A stretch of 64,000 bases of DNA from Owenia fusiformis (Eukaryota). The DNA lies in NCBI GenBank assembly GCA_903813345.2, contig CAIIXF020000001.1:27962001-28026000 (forward strand), given 5' to 3'. The translations under genes and the position numbers were made by a program. A model generated the notes under the pieces. The model was not told the origin of the DNA. It searched no databases and saw only the letters and a program-made list of their open reading frames with translations. This document shows, in pieces, positions 53,001 through 64,000 of the stretch; the first letter of the stretch is position 1; the number at the start of each line of letters is the position of its first letter.

Positions 53001-56000
53001 TTGTGAAATTCCGCATTGGAACGAGACGAAGTCAAGTGCCAATACAGAATATCAAGAGCAGAATATATCCTGTATTGCACTTTAAATCATTCTCTAACGT
53101 TTTTTATCTTGTGATCATCTGTATTGCTACTGAGAATGTCCTCTCCGTACCAATATTTTCTGTATTACGACGGAGATGATCAATGGGGACAATCTCAGTA
53201 GCAGTACAGATCGGTACAGCACAAGAACTGACCAATCAGAAGGCTTCATTTTACAGATCATACGATAATAACACTTCTTGTCCTTTTCAGGTCATACAGG
53301 GACAATACAGGGCACAATAGAACATTTTATGAAGCCACCAGGCCTTTGATATCATCATCAGTATTATACATATTGTTCACCATTTGGGCTTTATATTCAC
53401 CATATGACATCTTAGAAAAAACACCAAGACTGTTTTACTACACATGTGGGACAACATTCTCCAATCTAGCTGTAAGTGTTTGTATGTTTGGGCTATGGTA
53501 CAGGGTGTTCAAAAAAAATGAAACCCAAAGAAATATATATATATATATCTTGGAAAATACTACTCCAAGTATGTTCATATTTTCAGGAAAGAAAGAAGAG
53601 ACTGTGTATGTATATCCCCTGTTGTTAGTTAGTTGTAAAACATGATGTCATGGACACTTGCTCAAAAGACAGTTGTACTAGCAAAATACGAAAAACGTGA
53701 ATGGAAAATCACTATATCTTGGAAAATACTGATTCAATTATGTTCATTTTTTCAGGAAAAGAAAGAAGAGACTGTGTATGTATAGCTCCTGTTGTCAGTA
53801 AGTTGTAAAACATGATGCATTGGACACCTGCTCAAATGACAGTTGTACTAGGAAAATATGAAAACGCAGTCAGAGGTGACTGCCACAGCAATAAAACCAA
53901 ATAACTTTCTAACCATGGTGTTTTGGCACTTCAGATTTGGCACAAATTATATTCATTCACTGTGTGGTGAATTTGTGGAGTTTCATCAAAATCACTCCAG
54001 GGACTTTACAATCATGGTCAAAATGCCTTCTTAAGTCTCCCTGAACCAGGGCGTTTGACTGCAATTTGAAAGCATTTCAACCATGACTGTAAAGTCCCTG
54101 AAGTGAGTTTGATTTCACTCTACAGATTTACCATACAGTAAACGAAGATGATTTGTGCCAAATTTGAAGAGCCAAAACACTATGGTTAGGAAGATATTTA
54201 ACTGCGTTTTTCGTATTTTCCTAGTACAACTGTCTTTTGAGCAGGTGTCCAAGGCATCATGTTTTACAACTAACCATTTACAGGAGCTATACATACACAG
54301 TCTCTTCTTTATTTCCTGAAAATATGAACATAATTGAACCAGTATTTTTCAAGATATAGCGATTTCTTTGGGTTGCGTTTTTTTTAACACCCTGTACTTT
54401 TTTGAGGCAAATTTAGAAAGATGTTGCATTTGAGGGAGTAAAATCTTAAGATCTTATTTTTATTTATAGTTTGAAATTGAAAAAAAAGAAATATCATTAA
54501 TGTTCATGTAGAGTACATGTACACGGCTGCTTAGTGTTATGCCTGGTTAAGATGACTCAATCCCATTAACATATTGTCTGTATGGCATTTATATGAAGTA
54601 ATCGAAAAGGTCTCATTACTCGTACAAAATAGTTTCAAAAGATTTAATACACTGTAGTATAGTTTACATGTAAGTACATTGGGTAGGTTTGTACATTGTT
54701 CAAATATCAATTTTTTACTGTAAACTGACCTCATGCTTTTTCAGAGTCGTCTGATAGTTAACCAAATGAGCATGACAAGGTGTCAGGTATTTAACTGGTT
54801 GTTAGTGCCTCTCCTATGTGTGGTTGTACTTATATTTGCCATTCCATTGGGTGCGTATGAACTCTACTTCCTGTGGGCGTACTGTCTTCTGGTCACAACA
54901 GCACACATACATTATGGGTATTCAGTGGTAAGTGGAAAAATTGGCTCTTGATAGGGAAGTGCCTATCACGATAAGTTACACGAAGACCCTCGTGAGTGGT
55001 GACCCCCCCCCCTCCATAAAATGTAAAATCTATATTTTATGTACAGTAGATCATTTTATGTATAGATGTCTCTCTTACATTTTGGATGCCTGTGTTTTGA
55101 AACAAGTCTTAATGTGAATCCTTTTAACTGATTCACAGGGCATTTTCTAATATTCTGAAAATGACTTTATAAATTGTGGTGTCCCCCAGGGCTCAATACT
55201 TGGGCCAATATTATTTCTCCTATACATTAATGACCTTCCAGACAATCTGGAGGGGCATTGCTATATTTATGCGGATGACACTTCTCTACATCATCCTTTT
55301 GACCCTAAGCATCCACAAGAAGTAGATGCAATAGCCAGATCTAACCTAATTAAAATTGAAAAATGGTCTGACACCTGGAAATTGAAGTTTAAACCTGAAA
55401 AGAGTTCTGAAATGATATTCCACTCATCCAGATCTAAAGTCGATAATGTTTCTGTTTCAAAGTTAAACAATGTTGAAATTACCAGAGATCACGAGCACAA
55501 ACATCTGGGATTTACTTTTGACCCTAGCTTATCATATGACAAGCATATTGGAGAAATCATATCAAAAATACGAAAAATGTTGAACCCTTTAAAGAAACTT
55601 AAATATAAGTTAGGTAGTAAGCATCTAGAAACCATATTTAAGTCCTTTATTTTACCCCATTTTGACTATGGTGCTATCATGTACAGCACAGCCTCAAAGT
55701 TCCTATTACAACGACTCGACAGTCTTTATTATAAAGCTGCACTTTATTGTTCTGGGTGTATCCAAGGGAGCAGTTCAAAAAAGGTTTTAAACCTACTCAA
55801 TTGGCCAACTCTTGAATCAAGACGCAGTATCCAGATTAACAACTTTATGTTCAAAATTGTAAATGGTACAAGTCCTCCCTATGTAACTGATATTTTTGAC
55901 AAATTTAGAAACCATGCAAACAGAGTATTGAGATATAATGAAGCATTTAAAATGCCCATTAGATGCTCAAATAGATTCTCCACCTCAGCAATACCAGCTG

Positions 56001-57001
56001 CAATTTCACATTGGATCAATCTTCCACCTGCTATTAAATCTAAGAATACTCTTTCGAATTTTAAAAAACACCAAAGAGTACATTTCCAAAAAACGCCCTC
56101 GATTTTGTCAACAAGCCAGCTTAATCTAACAAGGGTTCAAGAAATAGTTCTCAATAAAGTGAGAGCTGACCTATACTTCAAAGCCCAGTTCTACGCTCAC
56201 AACTTTCAGTCTATTGACAGCCCTAATTGCACTTGTGGAAAACCACAAACTCTGAAACATTTTCTCTTTCAATGTGACTTACTTACTATACAAAGACAGC
56301 AATTCATGGACAAACTCACTGATCTCGAACCAAACATCTTCAGTCATAATCTCTCTCAAACTGATTTCATAGCTATTTTGAAAACAGGAATTCCCAAATT
56401 AAACATAGATGCAAATTCCCAAATACTACTTCTCATTGTTAATTTTATCAAAGACAATAGCTAATTCCCTCCTTCTTATCCATCTCTAGTATCCTCAAGT
56501 CCCGTCACACTTGCCCTAGTCTAAGACCCTGCCTGCTCTGCCACTTCTACTTCCACCTGCCCCCTATTCTTATATAATGCCATTGTGGCGATTTAAGAAT
56601 TTACATGTCTGTATTTACATTTTTTGTATTCTATTGAAATAAATTTAATAATAATAAAAAAAAAACTGATTCACACAGGAGCAGTTTCAGTTTCATTTAA
56701 GACAGGATTTAATCTTCCTATTTAAATAACAGGTAAACTCAACAGGTAAATCCTAAAAATCTAATAGACCTTTCCAGTAAATTCTGCCACCTTTTGTAGG
56801 TGAAAGAAACTAGGATGGAACATGGAAGATATCTGTACACATTGCAAACCTCTCTTTCAATCTTTAGTCTAATCTATAGGGTTTATCTTTGGTAGTGGAT
56901 AACTATTTGTTATTTCTCATTTTCAGGTGGTCCAGATGGCAGATCATTTAGGAATCTATAGTTTTACCATTACAAGTAAGCCTCCAAAAAAGCAAACATG
57001 A
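47017..57001 (+). CDS. SELENOI: Ethanolaminephosphotransferase 1 (EPT1/selenoprotein I orthologue), CDP-alcohol phosphotransferase family, 391 aa to the first TGA, 10 exons
   Basis: Exons, all GT-AG with matching phases: 47017-47070, 48990-49058, 49320-49512, 50157-50261, 50755-50912, 51663-51774, 52531-52576, 53291-53471, 54745-54927, 56927-57001. Protein has [25 protein letters not shown], the CDP-AP motif [46 protein letters not shown] and AHIHYG. Confidence 0.94.
47529..48040. mobile_element. Foldback MITE in SELENOI intron 1
   Basis: ~200-bp diverged inverted arms (47529-47727 and 47846-48040). Confidence 0.78.
50929..51176 (+). mobile_element. 248-bp longer member of the same MITE family, in SELENOI intron 5
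   Basis: Ends match 23529-23603; flanks ATGAATTC/ATAAATTC. Confidence 0.8.
51914..52440 (+). mobile_element. Helentron-associated (HINE/DINE-like) element
   Basis: T-run start followed by a (GTCC/GTAC)n microsatellite at 51961-52005; 3' end uncertain. Confidence 0.45.
52960..53270 (+). mobile_element. Hairpin-headed ~310-bp dispersed repeat (Crypton-like); copy 61207-61514, truncated relative 41636-41835
   Basis: The two full copies are highly similar; 5' palindrome AAGTGCAATACAGGATATATTCTG...CAGAATATATCCTGTATTGCACTT; 3' end CCAATCAG...CGATAA. Confidence 0.7.
53501..54394. mobile_element. Tc1/mariner-type foldback MITE in SELENOI intron 8
   Basis: TA|CAGGGTGTT...AACACCCTG|TA; almost fully palindromic; ~170-bp internal duplication in the left arm. 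Confidence 0.88.
55138..56663 (+). mobile_element. 5'-truncated non-LTR retrotransposon (CR1/L2-like RT) in the last intron of SELENOI
   Basis: Uninterrupted frame 55151-56464 with [30 protein letters not shown] and a C-terminal CTCG...H...C knuckle. AATAAA and (TAA)n/poly-A tail. 12-bp TSD AACTGATTCACA at 55126-55137 and 56664-56675. Confidence 0.92.
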
Positions 57002-57585
57002 CTGACTCAGGACCAAATGCACAGGTGCTAGCGAAGCCAAAGATACAAACCAACCCCATCAAACCATTATGATGTTATTCAGCTTTTTGTCAAGGATTGT
57101 GTGAACGCTAAACATTTACAATGATTGAACAAAAGAACCAATTTCTATGCACAGGGTTCTCACAATATTGGATAGAGACTGGCGGCCCGTATAGTCTTAT
57201 CTACTGACAGTGTAGTCTAATGCAATGACAAAATCCCACTGAATTCTATTGACTGAAATATATTATCAACAGTACTAATATAGTCCTTAAAAAGAATTAA
57301 CAAAAACAAGAAGAGAAAGAATATCACTTACTTTTTTCTGGTTATTAGTTTATAATCATCAGTATTTGTAGAAAAACAGGAGTTATTGTACATTTGAGTA
57401 CTGATGCTGCAAAATGCCATGATACATCAAACAACGGGATGCAACTTTTTCTGGAGTCTAGAATTTTTCTTGTGAGAACCCTGATATGGTCATAGGATCT
57501 ACATGGTATAATCTGTGTAATCATACTTCAGAATTTATTCAGAGGGGAAAAGGCACAATAATTTGGAAGAATTTGTGATCATAGA

Positions 57586-57796
57586 CAGTGTTCTGTTCTC
57601 CACAGAATTTTTTCTCCAAGTGGGTGCAAAATTCCCATTTTCACAATTCAGACCAAAATTGGTCAAAGTATTCCAATTTTTCATGATTTTTCATTTTCAA
57701 GTGGGTGCAAATGGATTTTCAGGTGGGTGCAACCCTGATTTCAAAATCTCAGGTGGGTACTGCGCCCACTTGCCTTAACGCTGTGAAGATCACTGA
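57586..57796. mobile_element. Degenerate hAT-like MITE in the presumptive SELENOI 3' UTR
   Basis: CAGTGTTC...CCACAG / CTGTGAAGATCACTG inverted ends. Confidence 0.45.
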
Positions 57797-58194
57797 TGTT
57801 TTACTCATATACCTTCTTGGAAAATATTAGTGTCAAAGTCATGTGGAATTAGGACTTTTAAAACCAGCTTTGAACACAGAAATTTTTTTACATGCTTTTC
57901 AAATGACTCCTTTTAAGAAGGGCACCAATTATCTGAGTCAAGGTTTATGTAGTCCACGCATACCCCTGAACTGTTTATTTACAATGTAACCGCAATATAA
58001 TAACCAAGTTTTTAAGATTTAACACAAATGTGCATTTTTTATTTTTGAAAACATGTACATGTGGCAATACTAGATTTTAAGCAGGGCGCATCTATTTTAA
58101 CATGTTTATCAACTTTAAATCGAAAAGGTAGGGTAAAAACAAATGTTGTTCAAAACTTGTGTGTGGTAGAGAGAGAAAGTAAAATAATGATGAT

Positions 58195-58820
58195 TTTATT
58201 ATGTCACCACCAAAAAGTGGTGACATATTGTTATGGTCTCCGTTTTTTGTGACGGCGGTTGGGGATCGGCAGTCGGTGTCTGTTACAATTCTTAAAACTT
58301 CCAATAACTTAACAAATACAGTTTAGACTGACTTCAGTTTTTTTCAGAATCATCTACAAGTTTTCAGAAGATCAAATCTGACTTTGTATTTAAGATTTGA
58401 CCTTCAGTGACCTTTTCAAGGTCAAAAAAAGGTCAAAAAGGTCTTTTTCAACTTGCTTTCAAATCGTCTAAAAGTTATCAGAAGTTCAAATCTGACTTTA
58501 GATTTGACCCTCATTGACTTTCTCAAGGTCAAAAAGGACTTTTTTCAACTCACTTCAAATTGACCATTTTTTTAAAGTCATATAGAAGTTCTCAAAACTT
58601 CAAATTGACTATAGATTTGACTTTCAATGACATTCTCAAGGTCAAAAAATATTTGGCCTTCTCAAGGTCAAAAGGGTCTTTTTTCAACTTGCTTCAAATT
58701 GACCAATTTTTTTTCAAAATCATCTACAAGTTCTCAGAAGTTCAAATCTGACTTGAAGATTGAACTGATAATATTATGAGCAACTAGGTGGTGACATTTT
58801 GTCATGTTAATGTCTTGTTC
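58195..58820 (+). mobile_element. HINE-like element with internal ~120-bp tandem repeats; relatives at 9318-9445 and 61174-61640
   Basis: 5' ATGTCACCACC...GTGGTGACAT hairpin; 3' GGTGGTGACAT subterminal inverted repeat followed by a short stem; T-rich flanks. Confidence 0.6.
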
Positions 58821-60676
58821 AAATACTTGTTGCAAATCATAAATAGGACACCTTGTATCAGATTGCTAATATCAATGCTCAATATTGCTTCAACACTCAG
58901 CTGATTGTACATGTAGCTATTGTAGCATGTTGGCATACCAGATTTATTTATAACAAATGTACTCTTTGTGCTGTTTGTACCTCGTACTCATACAAAACCT
59001 AAACCTTGCTTCATGTTTTACGCTGTCACCATGTATTTATATGAATGCTGTTGTTCTACTATTATTAACCTGTAGGAACCATAAGCTACATTCCCGTTGT
59101 ATCAGTATTGTCGTTATGCATTCTAGTCCCTCAGGCAGCTTGTTTGGAAATATTAATGATTGTATTTCAGTCCTGCTTTTATTGTATAAGCAATTGTAAA
59201 AAAGTTCAAGATGAATTATTTCTATAAACTAGTAAATGCATTAGGACATTGCATATAGATATTTGAACAATCATTATGTAATATATTCAATTGCAGTTTT
59301 AATAAGATATAATACCAGTGGTTAGTGAAGCTGTCAGAAGATCAATTTTTATCAGAAACTTAGGCAGTCTCAGATACTAAATAAAAAATGAATAACATTT
59401 GTTGGTGAAAAAGACATCTGACAAAGATAAATGTTTGGAAAAATACCAAATCTCCCTTAGTGCACACTATTGATTGGTACTGGTTAGTAAAAATAAGAAA
59501 TGGAAATCAAAGAGATTGTATATTTTAGTCGTTTTATTGTATATTGTAGTATTGCACAGGCTATATATATTATTTTAGGCATTACATGTACAATGTAGTT
59601 CTGTTCTTGATCTAAGTTTGATGTTTTGACAGCTTTCCTTAATTTCCATGACATTGAATTTGAATATAAGGCAATGCAATAAAATATACAATTTACACAC
59701 TGTATTGTGTTAACTGTAACATAATATGTAGATTTTTAAATGTTGAACTTGAACATCTTTCTAGTACAGCATGAAGAACCATGGTCTGTTCATCCTATTC
59801 TCCCATGTGTTTTAGTGAACAATAAAAATTATTGTTTAGATTAAGAATGTTTTAGGATAATATTACTTCCTTAAAAGATCATATAATGCCTATTATATCC
59901 ATTAAGCGCATGTTTTGGAATAAATTCAGATAATATAGCACAGGCATGGAGCGACATCTATTGAAACATTGAAAGTGGATGATCAAAAATGTATAATATA
60001 TTACATGTATACATCATAATAAATTTCTATTTACTGATTAATGTAAGAGTGAATATGTAGTGTCATCATAAATACTAGAAATTCTTACTTCTCATATAGC
60101 ATTCCAAATGAATAGACACATGCTGATTTCCTGAATGTGAAGTCTACAGATTTTGGTCTAATGTATAAATTGCTATGATTTTGGTGCTTGAATTTTGAGA
60201 TTTGGCAGAATTAAGTGTTGCTAATGATTAGATAAAGAACACACTGTTAAAGCCAATCTTATATGAATGGACTCTTACTGACAAAAATAACACATATCTA
60301 GGCTCTTTTGATGTAGTGTAATCACTAGACAATCTGTATTATAGTAGTACAGGGTCGTATGTTTTTTATTCCTGAAGATTTTAGCAACACTTTTAATTTA
60401 ATCAGTAGAAACTTTTCCATCGATTTGTCAGAATCTGAGACCGATGGTCAGTTTTTCGAAATAGAAAAGATTTACAGAGGGAATAATTTGATTTCTGACG
60501 GATTTGGTATTATGCAAGTTGGCAGCTAATTAATTGTTAAATTCAAATCAATTTATTTCCTTGTCCACAGGCATACCCCTTGTATCAGTAGTGTTTCACC
60601 ACATCCAAGTTGCATATTATTAGATATTAAGCCTAGCCTATACCACGTATACCAGTGTAATTCTTCACTCTGTATA

Positions 60677-60881
60677 CTGTATAAGTGGTATTTAATCCGA
60701 GTGTTTAATTTTCCGAATGGTCAAATTTCATCATTTTCCTAATTTTAATTTTCCTAATGACAAGAAATCTCCCATTAGATAACATTATAAAGACAATATT
60801 TCCGACATTTAATTTTCCGAACCTGGCAAAAATTAGGAAATAGGCAAATTAAATGATTAGGCAAAATTACCACTTATACAG
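60677..60881. mobile_element. Tc1/mariner (pogo/Tc2-type) MITE
   Basis: TA|CTGTATAAGTGGTA...TACCACTTATACAG|TA. Confidence 0.8.
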
Positions 60882-62635
60882 TATACAGTATTGATATTTT
60901 CATTTGTTTGCTTCCGCCATTTACTCTTAAATCATTGATCATAATATGCATATACTGAGTATATTAACTCAAATGTATAATATGAAGCATTGTCTAATCC
61001 ATTAATGGTTTAGTATTTGTATTTCCATAAAATGTTAATAATCAAAGATTCTGATGCCATTACCTAAATGCTCTTCATATTTCACATTGCATTAACATTT
61101 TATCAGAAAATGTTAGGTGTAGATTTTGTGACCTTTTATGGGGGTTTGCATGTGGAATGAATGTTAAAGATTTCTATGTCACCACCAGAAATGGTGACAT
61201 ATTATAAGTTATTGAATGATTTTAAGTGCAATACAGGATATATTCTGCTCGAGAAATTCCGTATTGGAACGAGACGAAGTCGAGTGCCAATACAGAATAT
61301 CGAGACAGAATATATCCTGTATTGCACTTCAAATCATTCAATAACGTTTTTATCGTGTGATCCTCTGTATTGCTACTGAGATTGTCCCCTCTGTACCAAT
61401 ATTTTCTGTATTGCGACGGAGATGATCAACGGGAACAATCTCAGTAGCAATACAGATTGGTACAGCATAAGAGCTGACCAATCAGAGGGCTTCATTTTAC
61501 AGATCATACGATAATGTTATATATTGTAGTCACCAACTTTTTTTGTGGATGGCGTTCGGTGGTTGGAATTTAGCAGTTAGCTGAATATCAGTCAGTGACA
61601 ATTGGCAGGTGGTGATATTTTATATTTTAATGCCTTGTCTTACTATACAATGGGTAGCTCAGCCAAGCAAAACCATGGAAATTAATTCCAAAGGTATTGA
61701 CATACTTCCTGAATTTGCCTCATCTGATTTAATTTGCCTCACCTAATTTCTCACCTCACCTATGCCCCTGAATTCTGATTGGATAATAGCAAAGAATTGT
61801 CTTTAGTTTGAAGAGTACTAGTGTAGATGAATAAGAGCAAATGGTACAGATATTCATTATTCATATCCTTGCTTCAAATAAGTTTAAATGGGTGTATTTA
61901 AAAATTAAAATGTGGGTATTTGTAATTATATAAGCAGATTCAGTATTAAACAAAAGAACCATATTAAGTGTAACCATAGTACCTGACCAATAACCATATG
62001 ATACTGTAATGTATAAACATGTGATTATTTGAAAATATCTTCAATAAATAAGATAATTAAAAAATAAATGTAACTTATGAATGTTCTATCAACAGACACG
62101 TACAGTACTTCTTCATTCTTTGTCGTCACTTTAAACGATAATATGAATGAAGGGTACAATCTGATGGATCTTACCTGTTAATATAGACTGCCCGTAATTC
62201 TTTGTTTGGTTTGCAAGTATATATTATTTATGGATACATTATTTCTGATGAAATCTGTCACTGTGACTTTTGCTTATCAGCATTAATTTGCCTTCCATCT
62301 CATGAAGGTAATATAACTAATCAAATTGAATTGCCATTAAAAGTGTAATATATTTATGTACATGTTTTGTCGACATCGTGCTGACTGCTAAGTGGATAAG
62401 TGAAGTGATAATGTCTAAAGCAATATCTGTATGGGAACGCAGTGTTAAATTTGAAAGGGGCAAACTCCTCTCTAATCCGAACACCTCTCAATATGAACAT
62501 TTCTTCTTGGTCCCAAATTTGTTCCCTCTCATTGACCTACTCTTGAAAAACTTGAAATGTGAACACATGCTAAACCGAAGACTTCTGGCTCGTCCCCTGG
62601 AGGCATTAGGATGAGACAGGTTTAATTGTTAGTAC

Positions 62636-63462
62636 CTCATTTGAAATACTCAATTCTGATTGGTTGATGAGCGGTCAACAATTGTATACTGTACCCCACC
62701 TGTGCATCATGGGATATCATATTATTGACCGCGTGTGTTACTGTACTACACTTGGGAATTATGGGGAATATGACGTCATAATGTTTACAGAAAAAAACAT
62801 GGTAGACGGACATTTTGTAAAAGTTCATGAAAGTGATATTTTGTCTTTACTAGACTACAAGTATAGCAAAATACAAATAGAAACGTAAAATTAACATTAA
62901 TTTACTAGTGAGTACGCAGTGATGTGCCGAAAACAGAGAGTTTAACTACCACTGTCTTCAAATTTTCTTAAACAAATTATTGCTGGCGTGGTTCAAAGAA
63001 AAGATTGTGAAATGAAGCCATGATTGATGATTATCGTCTATATGTGTAATATTAGTTTCTTCTGACTAACAAAACAATTGTAGACCTCTCCATTCGGTCA
63101 ACCGTCAAAATCATATACCTCGACTGTAAACCTTGAAACTACTGTTGACCTCGACCTTCGGTCTCTGTCAACAGTAGTTTCTCGGTTTACAGTCTCGGTA
63201 TACAATTTTGCCTGTTGACCTCTGGAGAGGTCAACAATTGTATACTGTTGACCGCTACGAGGTACTGTTGACAGTTCACGTGATATTCGATAATATACGC
63301 TGCCAATTATTATAGTCTTCGGACAACAAAACAATTCTCTATTCGGTCAACTGGTAAAAGTGTATACCTCTACAGTATACCTTGAGAGTACTGTTGACCT
63401 CTGGTATCGGCATACAATTTTGCCAGTTGACCACAAGAGAGGTCTACAATTGTATACTGTAT
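62636..63462. mobile_element. Probable Crypton-like non-autonomous element with internal repeats
   Basis: Starts TTCTGATTGG; repeated GGTCAACAATTGTATACTGT and ACTGTTGACC motifs with a hairpin at 63095-63460. Confidence 0.4.
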
Positions 63463-63767
63463 ATTTGTGATCAGTAAAGTAATTAATATGCACTTTGCTT
63501 ATTGGTATTGCTATGAGCAAATCATGAGCAAATATAAAATTGTATTCTGCGATTTAATATGTTATGAAATAGACTTATGAATGAAGCCACAAAAGTTGTG
63601 ATAAATGAGATGAATTGTCCACTACCTTCTCTGTGCTGGATAAGGTGAATTTCTGAAATTGCCACATGGGATCCAAAGCAAGTATTATCCTTTGGAATAC
63701 TCACCATAGCGTAAGATAAAGTGAGACTGATGAATCAGAATGATGTAAATTGCTGATAAACTTATAC

Positions 63768-64000
63768 AACAATCCATCGGGAATATGATTATTATCACAA
63801 TCCATCGGGAATATGATATTTATCACAATCCATCGGGAATATGATATTTATCACAATCCATCGGGAATATGATATTTATCACAATCCATCGCGGGGAATA
63901 TGATATTTATCACAATCCATCGCGGGGAATATGATATTTATCACAATCCATTGGGAATATGATATTTATCACAATCCATCGGGGATATGATATTTATCAC
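63768..64000. repeat. 28-bp minisatellite running off the window end
   Basis: (TATCACAATCCATCGGGAATATGATATT)n, ~8 units, two of them 31-bp variants. Confidence 0.93.

Noticed and set aside
59771-60155. Other ATGA-initiated hairpins as SECIS candidates (59771, 60108)
   Set aside because: They lack the apical AA and/or a correctly placed 3' GA.
63768-64000. 28-bp repeats as a CRISPR array
   Set aside because: Head-to-tail with no spacers; a minisatellite.

Overview
AT-rich, transposon-dense eukaryotic DNA, most likely from a marine invertebrate; the taxon cannot be fixed from the sequence. It contains four protein-coding genes. Two are intronless, near-identical classical SDR (FabG-like) oxidoreductases on the + strand (5601-6407, 24939-25748), lying in a recent ~9.5 kb tandem duplication with three partial units. 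The third is a 7-coding-exon EndoU/XendoU uridylate-specific endoribonuclease on the - strand (31368-36916). The fourth, divergent from EndoU, is a 10-exon ethanolaminephosphotransferase EPT1/SELENOI orthologue on the + strand (47017-57001). Its TGA stop is followed by a short in-frame extension reminiscent of the vertebrate selenocysteine tail. The rest is mostly non-autonomous DNA transposons, many defined exactly by filled versus empty sites between the duplicated units. There is also a young 5'-truncated LINE, older LINE fragments, a 3.2 kb polypyrimidine microsatellite and several minisatellites. Most short ORFs in the track are spurious. All exon and TSD coordinates were read by eye; transposon superfamily names are inferences from termini and TSD length only.
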